From IMG/VR virus record IMGVR_UViG_3300009692_000020, positions 445-64,444 of that record: a DNA stretch of 64,000 nucleotides; one strand, 5' to 3'. The notes beneath the pieces were generated by a model, which was not told where the DNA came from, did no database searches, and saw nothing but the letters and a program-made list of their open reading frames with translations. Both the position numbers and the translations under genes were made by a program. Positions 1-10,195 of the stretch are shown here, in pieces (within the stretch, counting starts at the first letter, position 1; every line of letters starts with the position of its first letter). Source of the stretch: a virus (lineage: Duplodnaviria; Caudoviricetes).

Positions 1-257
1 TCAAGAACTCGTATCCTACATTCGAAACATTAAATTATAAGTTCCAACACTTAACATTAACTAAGAGAGAAGAATTCTTCACGTTCTATAAGTTAAGTGC
101 CGGTGACGAGATAACTCTTACTGATTACTGTGGTCGAGAATGGCTTGGTGTAATACTTGATCCGGAGTGTAGGAGTGAAACGTATGGACGAGGTGGTCAG
201 TGTGATAATGGCTTATTCTATAATTTAGCTTTCAAGTTTGAAGGAGTATTAATATGA
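1..257 (+). CDS. 5'-truncated minor tail protein, paralog of the next ORF
   Basis: Open frame from position 3 to TGA at 255-257 (KNSYPTFETLNYKF...SAGDEITLTDYCGREW...YGRG...FKFEGVLI); aligns by eye with 254..616; stop overlaps the next ATG. Confidence 0.75.
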   Translation, partial: KNSYPTFETLNYKFQHLTLTKREEFFTFYKLSAGDEITLTDYCGREWLGVILDPECRSETYGRGGQCDNGLFYNLAFKFEGVLI

Positions 258-616
258 TACTGTTCTCATACGATACATACAATTTGATACTGCCTAATCC
301 GCAGTATGGTGAAGCAAAGATTGTTAATGTCAAAACAATGTTTGATCATGCTATGGATGGCAAGATATATTCCTTCCGGTATACTCCACCGGCTGACAAG
401 TTTGAGTTACCAATCAAAGGTGTGATGGGTAGTAAGAAAGATGAAGTAATCGAATTCTTAAAAGCATCAGCAGGACAAATATTAGTCTACACAGATGAAT
501 TCGGAACTGAACATAATGTAAGAGTAATATCTGATCCAATAGAGTTCACATGTATTGGACGCGGATATAATAATATGTATGCTTATGATTTCACAATCAC
601 ACTGGAGAAAATATGA
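254..616 (+). CDS. Minor tail protein (distal-tail-like), 120 aa
   Basis: ORF track; ATGA overlaps on both sides; position in tail module. Confidence 0.6.
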   Translation: MILFSYDTYNLILPNPQYGEAKIVNVKTMFDHAMDGKIYSFRYTPPADKFELPIKGVMGSKKDEVIEFLKASAGQILVYTDEFGTEHNVRVISDPIEFTCIGRGYNNMYAYDFTITLEKI

Positions 617-3501
617 GAGAACTAACACCGGCTACTCAAGCACTCGCTGATAGGCGATTAGGTACTGAACCAATCGCCATAATTAAAGTGGAGTGGACAA
701 CTGGTACTCGCTACTATGCAGACAAGTCGTTCACTTTAGGAGCATTAAACATTGAAGGTAAAATATATGATTTCTCAACAGTGTCGGGGCAACTAAATGA
801 CAAATCCTATGGACAGATTCAGTCAGCTTCTTGTACTCTTAGTGATATTGATGGTTCTCTTAAAGATTTATTTGACAATACGGTCGTGGAGCAACGTCCC
901 GTAACTATATATCATCACTATGAAGGATTGGGAGAAGCTGATTTAGTTCCTATTCTTCACGGCAAAGTTGTATCCAATATAACTTGGAATGAAGGTGACC
1001 GCAAGTTCAGTTTTGAAATAAATGCTGAAATAGATAGCGAAGATTTACTACTGGAGATACATGAAGGTTGTGTAGACTTTCCCGCCGAAGAAGATGTTGG
1101 TAAAGTTCTTCCCCTATGTTTTGGTACACCTCTACGAGTTCCAGGAGTTGAACTTCAGTTGGGTTGTACTGGCGAATTGCTTACTGCTATATCATCGTGG
1201 ACGACATGGTATAGAGAACCTAATGATCCGGACACTGGCAAGACTACATATAAAAGCACACATTTCCACGTTAGCCACTTCGAGGACTATGCAGGTCAGA
1301 CCGTACTGTTAGAGATTGATAAATCACTATACTTAGTCAAGTTCGATACAGACGATAAGACATCGTGTAACTGTGTAGGTATAGGTAGTTTCAATACAGG
1401 CTATCCTATTAATTGTCAGATTGCAGGACGTCTCGAATCGGATTACGACTATACAAATATTAACGCCATATGGATAACTACGGATAAAGACGTCCGCGGT
1501 AAGACACTTCTAATTCATGTCGATAGAGTATATAAGTACCTAGAGGACGATAACGGTGGTATGCACGAAGTGAATCCCGATACTCTAGCCGTTCCTAATG
1601 CCGATAAGTCGGGTGATGCGGACATTAAGACTAAGACAACAACTGAAACGTTTGTTTGCACCATTGGTAATCAAGACGGGACTAAAGCCTTTATGTCCCA
1701 ACCTTATCGTGATTTATTTTACAAGGAAAGACTACTTGGCACTACTCACAACGAGAAATATCCAACATATCCATCTGTTGTGATGAGCATCAAAGGTAAA
1801 ACGGAATTTGAGTGGAGCATGTTACCTAATCAAAATGAACCTCTATACTGGAATATATCACCTGGGGCTAAGGTTAAGATATATAATGCCGGTAGTGTTA
1901 TAGTGGTTAATAGCGTTCCTAGTTTGGCTATACATGAAGTTATGGCTAAACGTAAAGGTGAACTGGTAGCCGTTCCTAGTTCCTACTTTGATATATTCTT
2001 AGATTATCCCTGCGTTGTCGATCCCTCTACTGGAGTAGTGGAACATCTTACTGTATTGAAGTTCAAAACTGATTTAGCAAGCATACCCAATGAGAATTGG
2101 GATGGCAGTAGGATATACGTCAGCCTAACCAGTTCTATTGGCGACAATACAACTGATGATGCAATCAGATGGATACTGGCTCATAGGATAACCGGCTTAA
2201 TACCGGACACTACTACGTTTGATGAAGTATCTGCTTTGATTGAGAAGTATCCAAGTCATTTCGCCGTACTTAGCCAAGTGGATGCTTTAGCAGCTATAAA
2301 GGACTTCGCTTGGCAAGCTAGGGTTGGTATGTACTTGGAAGCCGGTATAGCATATACTCATTATCTTTCCAAAGAGCCAACTGAATCAATATACACATCG
2401 AACATATCGAAGATTCAGTTCAAGAGCATGAACATAAGTAAGACTAGCACTGATGACATACATCCGAAGTTCACTGGATTGTGGAATCACACGTATGAGG
2501 AAGAAGAAAAGAAGAAAGTCATCTATGAAACTAATAAGTTACTGTATACGAAGAAGGATTACGAGTGTACCTTCTCGATATACAATATCCAATCGCTTGT
2601 TGAGAAGAGCGCAAGATTTTGGTCTTATCGCATGGCTAACGCGTGGGTGAAGTTGAAGATAAATACTTTCTTAACTTCCTTAGCAGTTCAGATGTGGGAT
2701 GTAATAACTGTTCACTGTGATTATATTAATGGTGGTGCAGATATTTTCGGAGTGGTTGATGGAATCGATATTGATACATCGACGCATCAGATAACTCTTA
2801 ATGTTTGGTTACCAATCAAACAAGGCGAAGGCTTAGCCTATTTAGATGATAGTGCTGATGTTAAGCCACCTAATCCCGCGGAAGGATTGAGTCTTACTGA
2901 TTATAAGATACCGGTAGATAATCCTCGTGCAAGAGCACCGGCATCAATTAGGAAAGCGGGTAGGACAGTTAAGAAAGACGCACCTAGAACATCAGAAAGC
3001 AACGCTGATGTAGGTCAGAGTTTGGGTACTACTGCCACATTTAAGATATTGGAAGTATACGATAACGTTCTCAAGTGTATGCTGACCAATCCCGATAACA
3101 TTAAAGAGAATGGTAAGATTGAGAATCCTCCCGATCCGGATGATGAGGATTTAATCTTTTGGATAGCGAAGTATTCAGATGGTAACTCCGGTTCGCTTAG
3201 GGTTATGGATTGGGACGGCAAATCATTTGCTGATGGTAAGAATCCCGATTTCCCAATGGTGAATTATCAACGGCAAGCAGAGGACGTTCGTAGGGCATCC
3301 GGCAAGGATTTAGACGGGAATGATTATATCCAAACGGAAGTAGTCAATCCACCATATAGGAAAAGCGATGGCACGTTCACTACCGTACAGGCTAAATATT
3401 ATCCCGATGGTCTTGGATTGGCACATCCTAAGCCGGGAAAATTATACTGGTTGGAAATAAGTCATAGGGCATGGGCAAAGAAAGAGGAAGTAACAAGCTA
3501 A
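613..3501 (+). CDS. Tail tip / baseplate hub-like protein, 962 aa
   Basis: Large ORF downstream of distal-tail-like genes; N-terminus (YADKSFTL...GKIYDFSTV...V.IYHHYEG) resembles phage tail hub proteins. Confidence 0.55.
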   Translation: MRELTPATQALADRRLGTEPIAIIKVEWTTGTRYYADKSFTLGALNIEGKIYDFSTVSGQLNDKSYGQIQSASCTLSDIDGSLKDLFDNTVVEQRPVTIYHHYEGLGEADLVPILHGKVVSNITWNEGDRKFSFEINAEIDSEDLLLEIHEGCVDFPAEEDVGKVLPLCFGTPLRVPGVELQLGCTGELLTAISSWTTWYREPNDPDTGKTTYKSTHFHVSHFEDYAGQTVLLEIDKSLYLVKFDTDDKTSCNCVGIGSFNTGYPINCQIAGRLESDYDYTNINAIWITTDKDVRGKTLLIHVDRVYKYLEDDNGGMHEVNPDTLAVPNADKSGDADIKTKTTTETFVCTIGNQDGTKAFMSQPYRDLFYKERLLGTTHNEKYPTYPSVVMSIKGKTEFEWSMLPNQNEPLYWNISPGAKVKIYNAGSVIVVNSVPSLAIHEVMAKRKGELVAVPSSYFDIFLDYPCVVDPSTGVVEHLTVLKFKTDLASIPNENWDGSRIYVSLTSSIGDNTTDDAIRWILAHRITGLIPDTTTFDEVSALIEKYPSHFAVLSQVDALAAIKDFAWQARVGMYLEAGIAYTHYLSKEPTESIYTSNISKIQFKSMNISKTSTDDIHPKFTGLWNHTYEEEEKKKVIYETNKLLYTKKDYECTFSIYNIQSLVEKSARFWSYRMANAWVKLKINTFLTSLAVQMWDVITVHCDYINGGADIFGVVDGIDIDTSTHQITLNVWLPIKQGEGLAYLDDSADVKPPNPAEGLSLTDYKIPVDNPRARAPASIRKAGRTVKKDAPRTSESNADVGQSLGTTATFKILEVYDNVLKCMLTNPDNIKENGKIENPPDPDDEDLIFWIAKYSDGNSGSLRVMDWDGKSFADGKNPDFPMVNYQRQAEDVRRASGKDLDGNDYIQTEVVNPPYRKSDGTFTTVQAKYYPDGLGLAHPKPGKLYWLEISHRAWAKKEEVTS

Positions 3502-5789
3502 TGGGACTCCTTAATGTATTTGATAAAAATGATTTAGGCTCTTTTGTGGAGAGTCCATTTCAAGCACGTAATCTCGAATCGGAAGAGATGGTACGTGTTT
3601 GGGGTTGGAGGTATAGACACATCTGTCATACATTAAGAGATTTCTCTGCTATTAATGGCTCTTATCCTGCTGCATATATAACCACTAGACAATGGTGGCA
3701 GGATTCATATGTAGCTAGTGGAGTATATGATTCAGCAGGTGGAGAAACAGTTATTCGTGAACTATGGCAAAACATAATAACCACAATGTTAGCTTACAGG
3801 GAAAGCGATTTAACTTATCCACTTTATCATTGGTACGGTTCTGATGGTTTCATCAAAAATGAAGCCTCACCTAGAACTGATATAAAATATGGGGTGTTAC
3901 CGGAAAATTTAGTGTATAAGTTCTTTCAAGGTGGAAGTTATATTTCTAATTACTCCTATTGTAAGTTGTTGGAGCATCTTAACTTAGGCGGTATTGATCC
4001 TATAACTGGTAGGCGTGAATGGAGTAAGTGTAATTCAGATAATACAATATACTATACCCCATACATGTCGGGTAAGACCTTTACGATTTGTCAATCAACG
4101 TCATACAAGACACAACCAGTAGGTCCACCCATACTAATGACTAATGGAGAGATAGTATTTCAAGAACTCGAAGCGTGTCTTGACTACTTGAAAAAGACAG
4201 TTTCTCCTGCAGCTAATTCGGGATATTCCAGTTATTATCCTCTAATAATTGAAACAGATTTAGACGCTGATGCAAATGGTGTTGGATACTCTACTTACTG
4301 TGCAGCTGATCCAAATAGATGTTGCAATCATTCCGCTGAACTAACTTGGCAACAATTATCTCACTATACTCACGACGACGGTGCAGGATATAGAATGTAT
4401 CAAAGTCGCTTTCAAAATGTTCTAAATATTAATTTAAATGTAGAATGGATGGGTTGGCAAGGTCATTGTCAATATACTTTAGCTAGCACTCTTTGGCATA
4501 ATAGTATACGTACAAGTTCGTATTACGATATATATCAGAACAATATATTATATATTTGGCTTAATGATGCATATGCTGAATTTCTTACCAGTTTAGACTA
4601 TCAATATACACATGGATATGGTTGGTCTTCTACAACTAATTATGCATTAGGCAATACTTGTTGGGGCATTGTAGGTTCTCGTTATCATACTTATACTTCA
4701 CTACAAAATAATAATTTAAATCATGCTTTAACCGACGGTGCATGGTGGACAGACAGTGGTGAAATATCAACATATTTAGATAACTATGAAAATAGAGAAT
4801 TTATAAGATTCCCCAATTCCAAAAAGGGCAGTTATATATCACTAACTAATGGTTGGGTTGAAACAACCAGTAATTTAATAAAGTTGGTAAGTTCTAAAGA
4901 GGATGATAGATTTGGACCTATGCCTTCTGTTCTTCCGGTATCCGGACACAGTTCTATTAGATCATTTACTGTGGCAGATTGGGTGACTTTTAGAGAATTC
5001 ACATTTAAATCTAAGATAGCATTAGGCTATAAAGATATGTATCATCCAAAATGTCCTTTCTGTAATAGACCTTATTTAATATGTAATGCCATAAGCCTAA
5101 GTAGAGTATATGGGCAAGGTTACACGGCTGATGAACTAAAAGACATGATTGTGCCTGTTACTAATAATAATGCAGGAAGCACTGCCAATATAAATGTTTA
5201 TACAACTAAAAGCGGTAACTTTAATGTTACGCCATTAGGTGCAGCAGCGTTCAATACACCTACATTTAATTTACATTACGAAATACTAGATGTGTTAAAT
5301 CAAGATACTTTACCTAATAGCAAAACATATCAATGTTATATAGCTGATACTGGTGATAAATCTGATACTAAATCGACATATCTAGATTGTCGTTTATATA
5401 TGGCAATAACTTGGTCGGCTATATCTCATGCTTGTCCTCCAGTATATCCATCATACGGTGTTGAACTAAACTGGAATATTAGTCAGAACTATGCTAATCC
5501 TAGACCTAATGTTCAGATTGTTTTCCGTTCTAGTGCGGGGCGATTAAAATGGTCTATGGGTACACCTACATGGACAGGAGGAACATTTGGGCATTTTGAT
5601 AAAGCAAGTGATGATCAACCTTATAATGGTGGTGCATTTGTGTATTCATATCTTAATCTAATTCTTGATGATAATACATTCACAACACAGAAAAGTGTTT
5701 CTTTCAGAGTTGATTACGTTGGTGGAGGAATGGGCAGTAATAATTATAATTACTGTAATATTAATATTGTGTTCCAAGCGAAGCCTTAG
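3471..5789 (+). CDS. Tyr/Trp/Asn-rich tail or receptor-binding protein (likely start 3501)
   Basis: ORF track; aromatic-rich composition; follows hub gene; ATG at 3501 overlaps the upstream stop. Confidence 0.45.
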   Translation: MGKERGSNKLMGLLNVFDKNDLGSFVESPFQARNLESEEMVRVWGWRYRHICHTLRDFSAINGSYPAAYITTRQWWQDSYVASGVYDSAGGETVIRELWQNIITTMLAYRESDLTYPLYHWYGSDGFIKNEASPRTDIKYGVLPENLVYKFFQGGSYISNYSYCKLLEHLNLGGIDPITGRREWSKCNSDNTIYYTPYMSGKTFTICQSTSYKTQPVGPPILMTNGEIVFQELEACLDYLKKTVSPAANSGYSSYYPLIIETDLDADANGVGYSTYCAADPNRCCNHSAELTWQQLSHYTHDDGAGYRMYQSRFQNVLNINLNVEWMGWQGHCQYTLASTLWHNSIRTSSYYDIYQNNILYIWLNDAYAEFLTSLDYQYTHGYGWSSTTNYALGNTCWGIVGSRYHTYTSLQNNNLNHALTDGAWWTDSGEISTYLDNYENREFIRFPNSKKGSYISLTNGWVETTSNLIKLVSSKEDDRFGPMPSVLPVSGHSSIRSFTVADWVTFREFTFKSKIALGYKDMYHPKCPFCNRPYLICNAISLSRVYGQGYTADELKDMIVPVTNNNAGSTANINVYTTKSGNFNVTPLGAAAFNTPTFNLHYEILDVLNQDTLPNSKTYQCYIADTGDKSDTKSTYLDCRLYMAITWSAISHACPPVYPSYGVELNWNISQNYANPRPNVQIVFRSSAGRLKWSMGTPTWTGGTFGHFDKASDDQPYNGGAFVYSYLNLILDDNTFTTQKSVSFRVDYVGGGMGSNNYNYCNINIVFQAKP

Positions 5790-5802
5790 TTATTAAATAG
5801 AT

Positions 5803-6153
5803 ATGTGGAGGGTCAAAATGAGTGAACGAGGTCGATTAATGACGAACGGGGATTTGATTTATCCTAAGAAGGGTAGACAACCTCCCACACCGCCGGAAGG
5901 ATACATGGCTGATGAAACAGATCCGTGGGTACTTCACAAGATTTACAAACCATGCAAGTTCAGAGCGTTCACTAATACGCCCACTCCTTGTGGGATTAAA
6001 CGCTACACGTACTTCTGCGAGTTAGACAAGTTCGTCACAACATGGCGACAGTGCGATACTTGCACTCGTGCAGTGATTGGTGAATCCAAACAACTTAACA
6101 CAACAGATGAATCAAACAAAACAATCAGAAATGATGATGGGAGTTTCTTATGA
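5803..6153 (+). CDS. Cys-rich hypothetical protein
   Basis: ORF track; PCKFR...PCG...FCE...QCDTC; stop overlaps the glycosyltransferase start. Confidence 0.6.
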   Translation: MWRVKMSERGRLMTNGDLIYPKKGRQPPTPPEGYMADETDPWVLHKIYKPCKFRAFTNTPTPCGIKRYTYFCELDKFVTTWRQCDTCTRAVIGESKQLNTTDESNKTIRNDDGSFL

Positions 6154-7553
6154 GTGAGAAAATTACAGCTATAACGTGTACGGGCGACCGTCATGTAGTA
6201 TTTAAGATTTGTGAACAGTGGATGGAACGACAGACCATGAAAGTGGATCAGTGGATAGTTATTGATGACGGCAAAACGCCTACTCAACCTTGTTCAAAAG
6301 TGCAGTACGTGAGAAGAGTTCCCCGACCGGACGACCCTCCGCATACTCTGGGACTCAACTTGCGTACTGCACTTCCTTTAATAAAGAACGATATGATTAT
6401 CTTTTGGGAAGACGATGATTACTATAAGCCAACATACGTTGAGAAGATGCATGACTGGTTGAAGACGAATCATATAGTAGGTCAGCCTAATGCCATCTAC
6501 TATAATGTACAGTATCGTTGGTGGCACTGTCATAATAACACTCGACACGCTTCACTGTGTCAGACAGGCATACGTCCTAACAATCTTCCCTACCTTGAAT
6601 CTCTCTGTGAGAAGGACTTGAAGTTCATCGACATAGAGTTATGGAAGATGGCTCAAGGTAGACACTGGCTTGATGATAGCCAAGAAAAGTTATGTATTGG
6701 TATGAAAGGGTTACCCGGTCGCGGTGGCATCGGGTCCGGTCATACCAGTACATTTGCTAACGATCCGGATTACTCAATCCTTAAACAGTTCCTCGGTACT
6801 GATGCAAACGTGTATTTCGATCTACTGAATATACGTCCGGAAACGATTGAGTATCCAAAGGAAGTTAAGAATTGTAGACGCGATCCACTAGGTAGACTCA
6901 TACTACCTAAGCCTAATAAGCAGATCGAAGTGATTCTTGATCGCTTTGCCAAACGTGTAGAGCCTTTAGCGTGGGTACTGCACCCTATTGAGAAACGGAA
7001 GATAATAGGTGATACTAAGGATAGATACAAAGACAAGGTCTGTTACATAGTTGGTAAAGGTCCAAGTATGGATAATCTGAAAGAAAAGCATTTCGATCCG
7101 GATTGCCCAATCATTGGGTTAAATCAAGCTATACATAAAATTGAATCGTTGAACATCAAGAATGATATGTATTGTGTTCAACAGGATAGCCAACTTGGAG
7201 AGATATGTTGGAGTAAGAGAGGAACGATGTTACTGCCTTATATTACTAGCGCATGGTATACGCGACACCCTAGCGTGTTCACGTATAATATGGAGGACTT
7301 CAATATTCCTAATAATTTCCATCCTCAATCAATATGTATGGCTACTCATATAGCTAAATTGTGGGGATGTAAGAAGATAATCTACTATGGATGTGATTCT
7401 TTCATCAATGGGAATATAGAGTACGCGAAGAGTCTTAACTATGACATACGAACTAAGGAACAGAAACTCCGCGCCAATATAGGGGAGCAGAAACGTACGC
7501 TCACACCTATACTGACGGGATTCGATCACGAATTTAGGTTGGCTCAACAATAG
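6150..7553 (+). CDS. Two-domain glycosyltransferase: GT2/GT-A-like N-terminus plus Maf/DUF115/sialyltransferase-like C-terminus
   Basis: WIVIDDG and WEDDDYY (GT-A DxD motif); second domain CYIVGKGPS...IIGLNQ...IIYYGCDS. Confidence 0.7.
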   Translation: MSEKITAITCTGDRHVVFKICEQWMERQTMKVDQWIVIDDGKTPTQPCSKVQYVRRVPRPDDPPHTLGLNLRTALPLIKNDMIIFWEDDDYYKPTYVEKMHDWLKTNHIVGQPNAIYYNVQYRWWHCHNNTRHASLCQTGIRPNNLPYLESLCEKDLKFIDIELWKMAQGRHWLDDSQEKLCIGMKGLPGRGGIGSGHTSTFANDPDYSILKQFLGTDANVYFDLLNIRPETIEYPKEVKNCRRDPLGRLILPKPNKQIEVILDRFAKRVEPLAWVLHPIEKRKIIGDTKDRYKDKVCYIVGKGPSMDNLKEKHFDPDCPIIGLNQAIHKIESLNIKNDMYCVQQDSQLGEICWSKRGTMLLPYITSAWYTRHPSVFTYNMEDFNIPNNFHPQSICMATHIAKLWGCKKIIYYGCDSFINGNIEYAKSLNYDIRTKEQKLRANIGEQKRTLTPILTGFDHEFRLAQQ

Positions 7554-8118
7554 CAAGCATACCTAGCATTTTCTTATAGCAGAGTAGTGATGTGCGAGCA
7601 TCACTCTCTGCGGAATGTGCTACCATATTTTGGATGCCCAATCGTTCTGACACCTTTTCCAAGCCTACTGCGTTGAAGAACTTAACGCTCTTCCTTGCGA
7701 AATGCACATCATTAATTATCTGTGCCATAATCATACTATCCTTAAAGCGATAGTGGAAAATGTCTTGGAAGTCTGTGGGGTTGGGCATTAGCGTCTTTAG
7801 GAACATCAAATCAAAAGAGATATTGTGTCCAAGAGGAACTATCTTGGTGATTAGATTCTTCCTTCGCCATTCACGTATGGTCTTCCATGCTTCGGATTTC
7901 GCAATCCCGACAGTTGGATCAAGTTTGTTGATAGCTATGGCTTTGGCATCGACAGGATTATTTGCCCTTATACGCAAGTTCAGAGTGAGTCCTAAATCTT
8001 CGAACTTGTCATTGACAGGCATGATGCATAAGGATAGTACCTCATGCAATCGTGGATCAAGTCCACTCGTTTCAGTGTCGATAGCACAGACTGTGTAATC
8101 TGATTCATTCATCGTCAT
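7534..8118 (-). CDS. DEDDh 3'-5' exonuclease (DnaQ-like)
   Basis: ExoI IDTETSG, ExoII GHNISFDL, ExoIII HSAESDA. Confidence 0.9.
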   Translation of the reverse strand: MTMNESDYTVCAIDTETSGLDPRLHEVLSLCIMPVNDKFEDLGLTLNLRIRANNPVDAKAIAINKLDPTVGIAKSEAWKTIREWRRKNLITKIVPLGHNISFDLMFLKTLMPNPTDFQDIFHYRFKDSMIMAQIINDVHFARKSVKFFNAVGLEKVSERLGIQNMVAHSAESDARTSLLCYKKMLGMLAIVEPT

Positions 8119-8184
8119 CTCCTTTTAATATTGTGAAATATATAGTCATCACCAGTATGAACCCTATTCCTACCCCTAACCAAA

Positions 8185-8412
8185 TCATTTTCCCTCCACT
8201 AATCTTTCATATGCTTTCTTGTGATTTCCTTTACATTTCTTAATCATCTTATTAATGTCATCTTGTGTTATATTATTAAGCCTTGATGACTCTTTGCTAA
8301 GATGATATGAGAAATGTCCTATTAAATCTTTAATGGGTGTCCTAGTATAACATTTGGCAGTATACACCATCTTGGTGCAAACAGTATCTCCGGCTTCTAT
8401 TTTCATACGCAC
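8185..8412 (-). CDS. Hypothetical protein, 75 aa
   Basis: ORF track; GGAGTGCGT precedes the ATG. Confidence 0.6.
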   Translation of the reverse strand: MRMKIEAGDTVCTKMVYTAKCYTRTPIKDLIGHFSYHLSKESSRLNNITQDDINKMIKKCKGNHKKAYERLVEGK

Positions 8413-9068
8413 TCCCTATTTATTGCTAAGAACTCTCCAATAGTTCTCTTACTTGTTGTATCGGCTCTACCCTTCTTAATTTTTAGCTCAAACTCCTCCC
8501 TACTGCGAAGGAAATAATGATTTATATAACCTAACGTTATATCTACATCTTGAGTCCAACCTAACTTAGTAGGACGATTGTACGCGCCTGTACGCAACTT
8601 AGCTTCATGTGGATTGCTGAAATGCATCACGTTCTTTCCCTGCACCAGTGTCTTGAACTGACGATTAACAACGTGGTATTCGGGTAATTTCTTGGTGAAT
8701 TTGGTAAGTTGCGAGCCATTGTCGTGCTTCAACAATCCGCTACTGCCATACATTTGCCAGTTGAAAGCTAACGCACCATGCATACAACATTCGGCTTCGA
8801 GTTGCTCTACATCATAGTTGCTGAAGAAGAATTCATCTGAATCAATAAAGAGAATATAATCATTTGGGTATCTTTTAGCCATATGATTGTATGCGTTCAA
8901 CTGGACTTGATTTCCTGGAAATGGTATTACTTCTAATCCAAATTGAGGAATCACGTCAATATCCCTACCATTATTGTAGATGGTTATCTTTCCGAGTTTC
9001 TCGTGATGATTCAACCATTCATCTAAATAACATGGATACTCATCCTTCACAATTAGACAAATTCTCAC
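8403..9068 (-). CDS. Glycosyltransferase (GT2_4/GT92-like)
   Basis: ICLIVKDE..YLDEWLNHH..IYNNG; FIDSDEFF; INHYFLRSREEFELKIKKGRAD. Confidence 0.8.
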   Translation of the reverse strand: MRICLIVKDEYPCYLDEWLNHHEKLGKITIYNNGRDIDVIPQFGLEVIPFPGNQVQLNAYNHMAKRYPNDYILFIDSDEFFFSNYDVEQLEAECCMHGALAFNWQMYGSSGLLKHDNGSQLTKFTKKLPEYHVVNRQFKTLVQGKNVMHFSNPHEAKLRTGAYNRPTKLGWTQDVDITLGYINHYFLRSREEFELKIKKGRADTTSKRTIGEFLAINRECV

Positions 9069-9330
9069 GTTCCACCTTTCCTTTCACATAATCGTTATAT
9101 CTACGTATTACTGCGTAGTGTTTACCTTGTACTGGACTAAATGGTTCTCCAATGATTTGATATGTTCCATCGATTTGAGGTATACCTATAACCTCACCAT
9201 AACTGATTAAAGTATTATTTTCAAATTTAAAATTGCCACTACAATGCGTGAATGGTATATTATTCTTTAAACAAATAAAACACAGATTATAACTAGCATA
9301 GTATGTGTTTACATTTTGTATCTTGTCCAT
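9040..9330 (-). CDS. Hypothetical protein
   Basis: ORF track; within the leftward operon. Confidence 0.5.
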   Translation of the reverse strand: MDKIQNVNTYYASYNLCFICLKNNIPFTHCSGNFKFENNTLISYGEVIGIPQIDGTYQIIGEPFSPVQGKHYAVIRRYNDYVKGKVERENLSNCEG

Positions 9331-9620
9331 TTGTATTTCCTTTGTAGTGAAACATTTTCACCATCATATTCTTTAAAATAATATAATTCCAATCGCCAAC
9401 TTAAATACTCGATTAACCAATCACGCCTTTTGGCTCTCTCGTCTAGACAGTAAGCTATTCTAATATTCCTTAGCCAACCAAAACTTATTTCGGTATCGAA
9501 ATAAAAGTATCTCCACTGTTCGGGAGAATCATCAAATAGCCTAAGTCTAAGTAGAAACCGTTTAAGTTGTAAAAAGAAATTCATACTCCTATAAACACTC
9601 CCATCATTTGACGATAACAA
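9309..9620 (-). CDS. Hypothetical protein (true start probably near 9585)
   Basis: ORF track; fills the gap in the leftward operon. Confidence 0.45.
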   Translation of the reverse strand: MLSSNDGSVYRSMNFFLQLKRFLLRLRLFDDSPEQWRYFYFDTEISFGWLRNIRIAYCLDERAKRRDWLIEYLSWRLELYYFKEYDGENVSLQRKYKWTRYKM

Positions 9621-10195
9621 GCAGCTATCGCCATACTTTGTTGCATTATATCGTTAGACTTCTTGTAATCAACGCCACATTGATTACATATATAAGTCAA
9701 ATTGTGTTTAGGATAAGGATAATCTTCTTCATGCCAGTAGGCTCTATCATTGCAGTATATCGAAGCGGTCATTATATCTCTATAACGATAGTCGAAGTAA
9801 CCATTGAATGAATCAATGCTCAACCAATCAATTAGGAATGAACGAGATAATGCCCAATTATAAGCTAACGGCATAATGAGTTTCGTTTCTCTTATGCGGT
9901 ACTTAACAAACCATTTCTCTAATTGGTCTTGTACGAAATCCGGATCGATGCCGTTACGTATTAGTTGTTCCATCTTGCTGAAGTCATTGCCTAACCAATC
10001 TTTATCACAGTTGCCTCGACGTGGATTCATAGTAGCTATAAATGGTGCGATTGAACCATCAACCTTAAGGAATCGATCTAAAGGAGTAATACATATTTGC
10101 AGTATATCATCGCGCTGATGATCCGGACCTGTTAAGAAGGTCGTAACTACACATAGTAAATTATCATTTAGATGTTTCATATAAGTATTTTCCAA
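9581..10195 (-). CDS. DnaQ-like exonuclease homolog with degenerate catalytic motifs
   Basis: CVVTTFLTGPD replaces CAIDTETSGLD; LAYNWALS, YRYRDIM and NLTYICNQCGV parallel 7534..8118. Confidence 0.7.
   Translation of the reverse strand: MENTYMKHLNDNLLCVVTTFLTGPDHQRDDILQICITPLDRFLKVDGSIAPFIATMNPRRGNCDKDWLGNDFSKMEQLIRNGIDPDFVQDQLEKWFVKYRIRETKLIMPLAYNWALSRSFLIDWLSIDSFNGYFDYRYRDIMTASIYCNDRAYWHEEDYPYPKHNLTYICNQCGVDYKKSNDIMQQSMAIAACYRQMMGVFIGV

Noticed and set aside
3471-5789. Possible DGR target (Asn/Tyr-rich tail gene)
   Set aside because: No reverse transcriptase ORF and no template/variable repeat pair was seen
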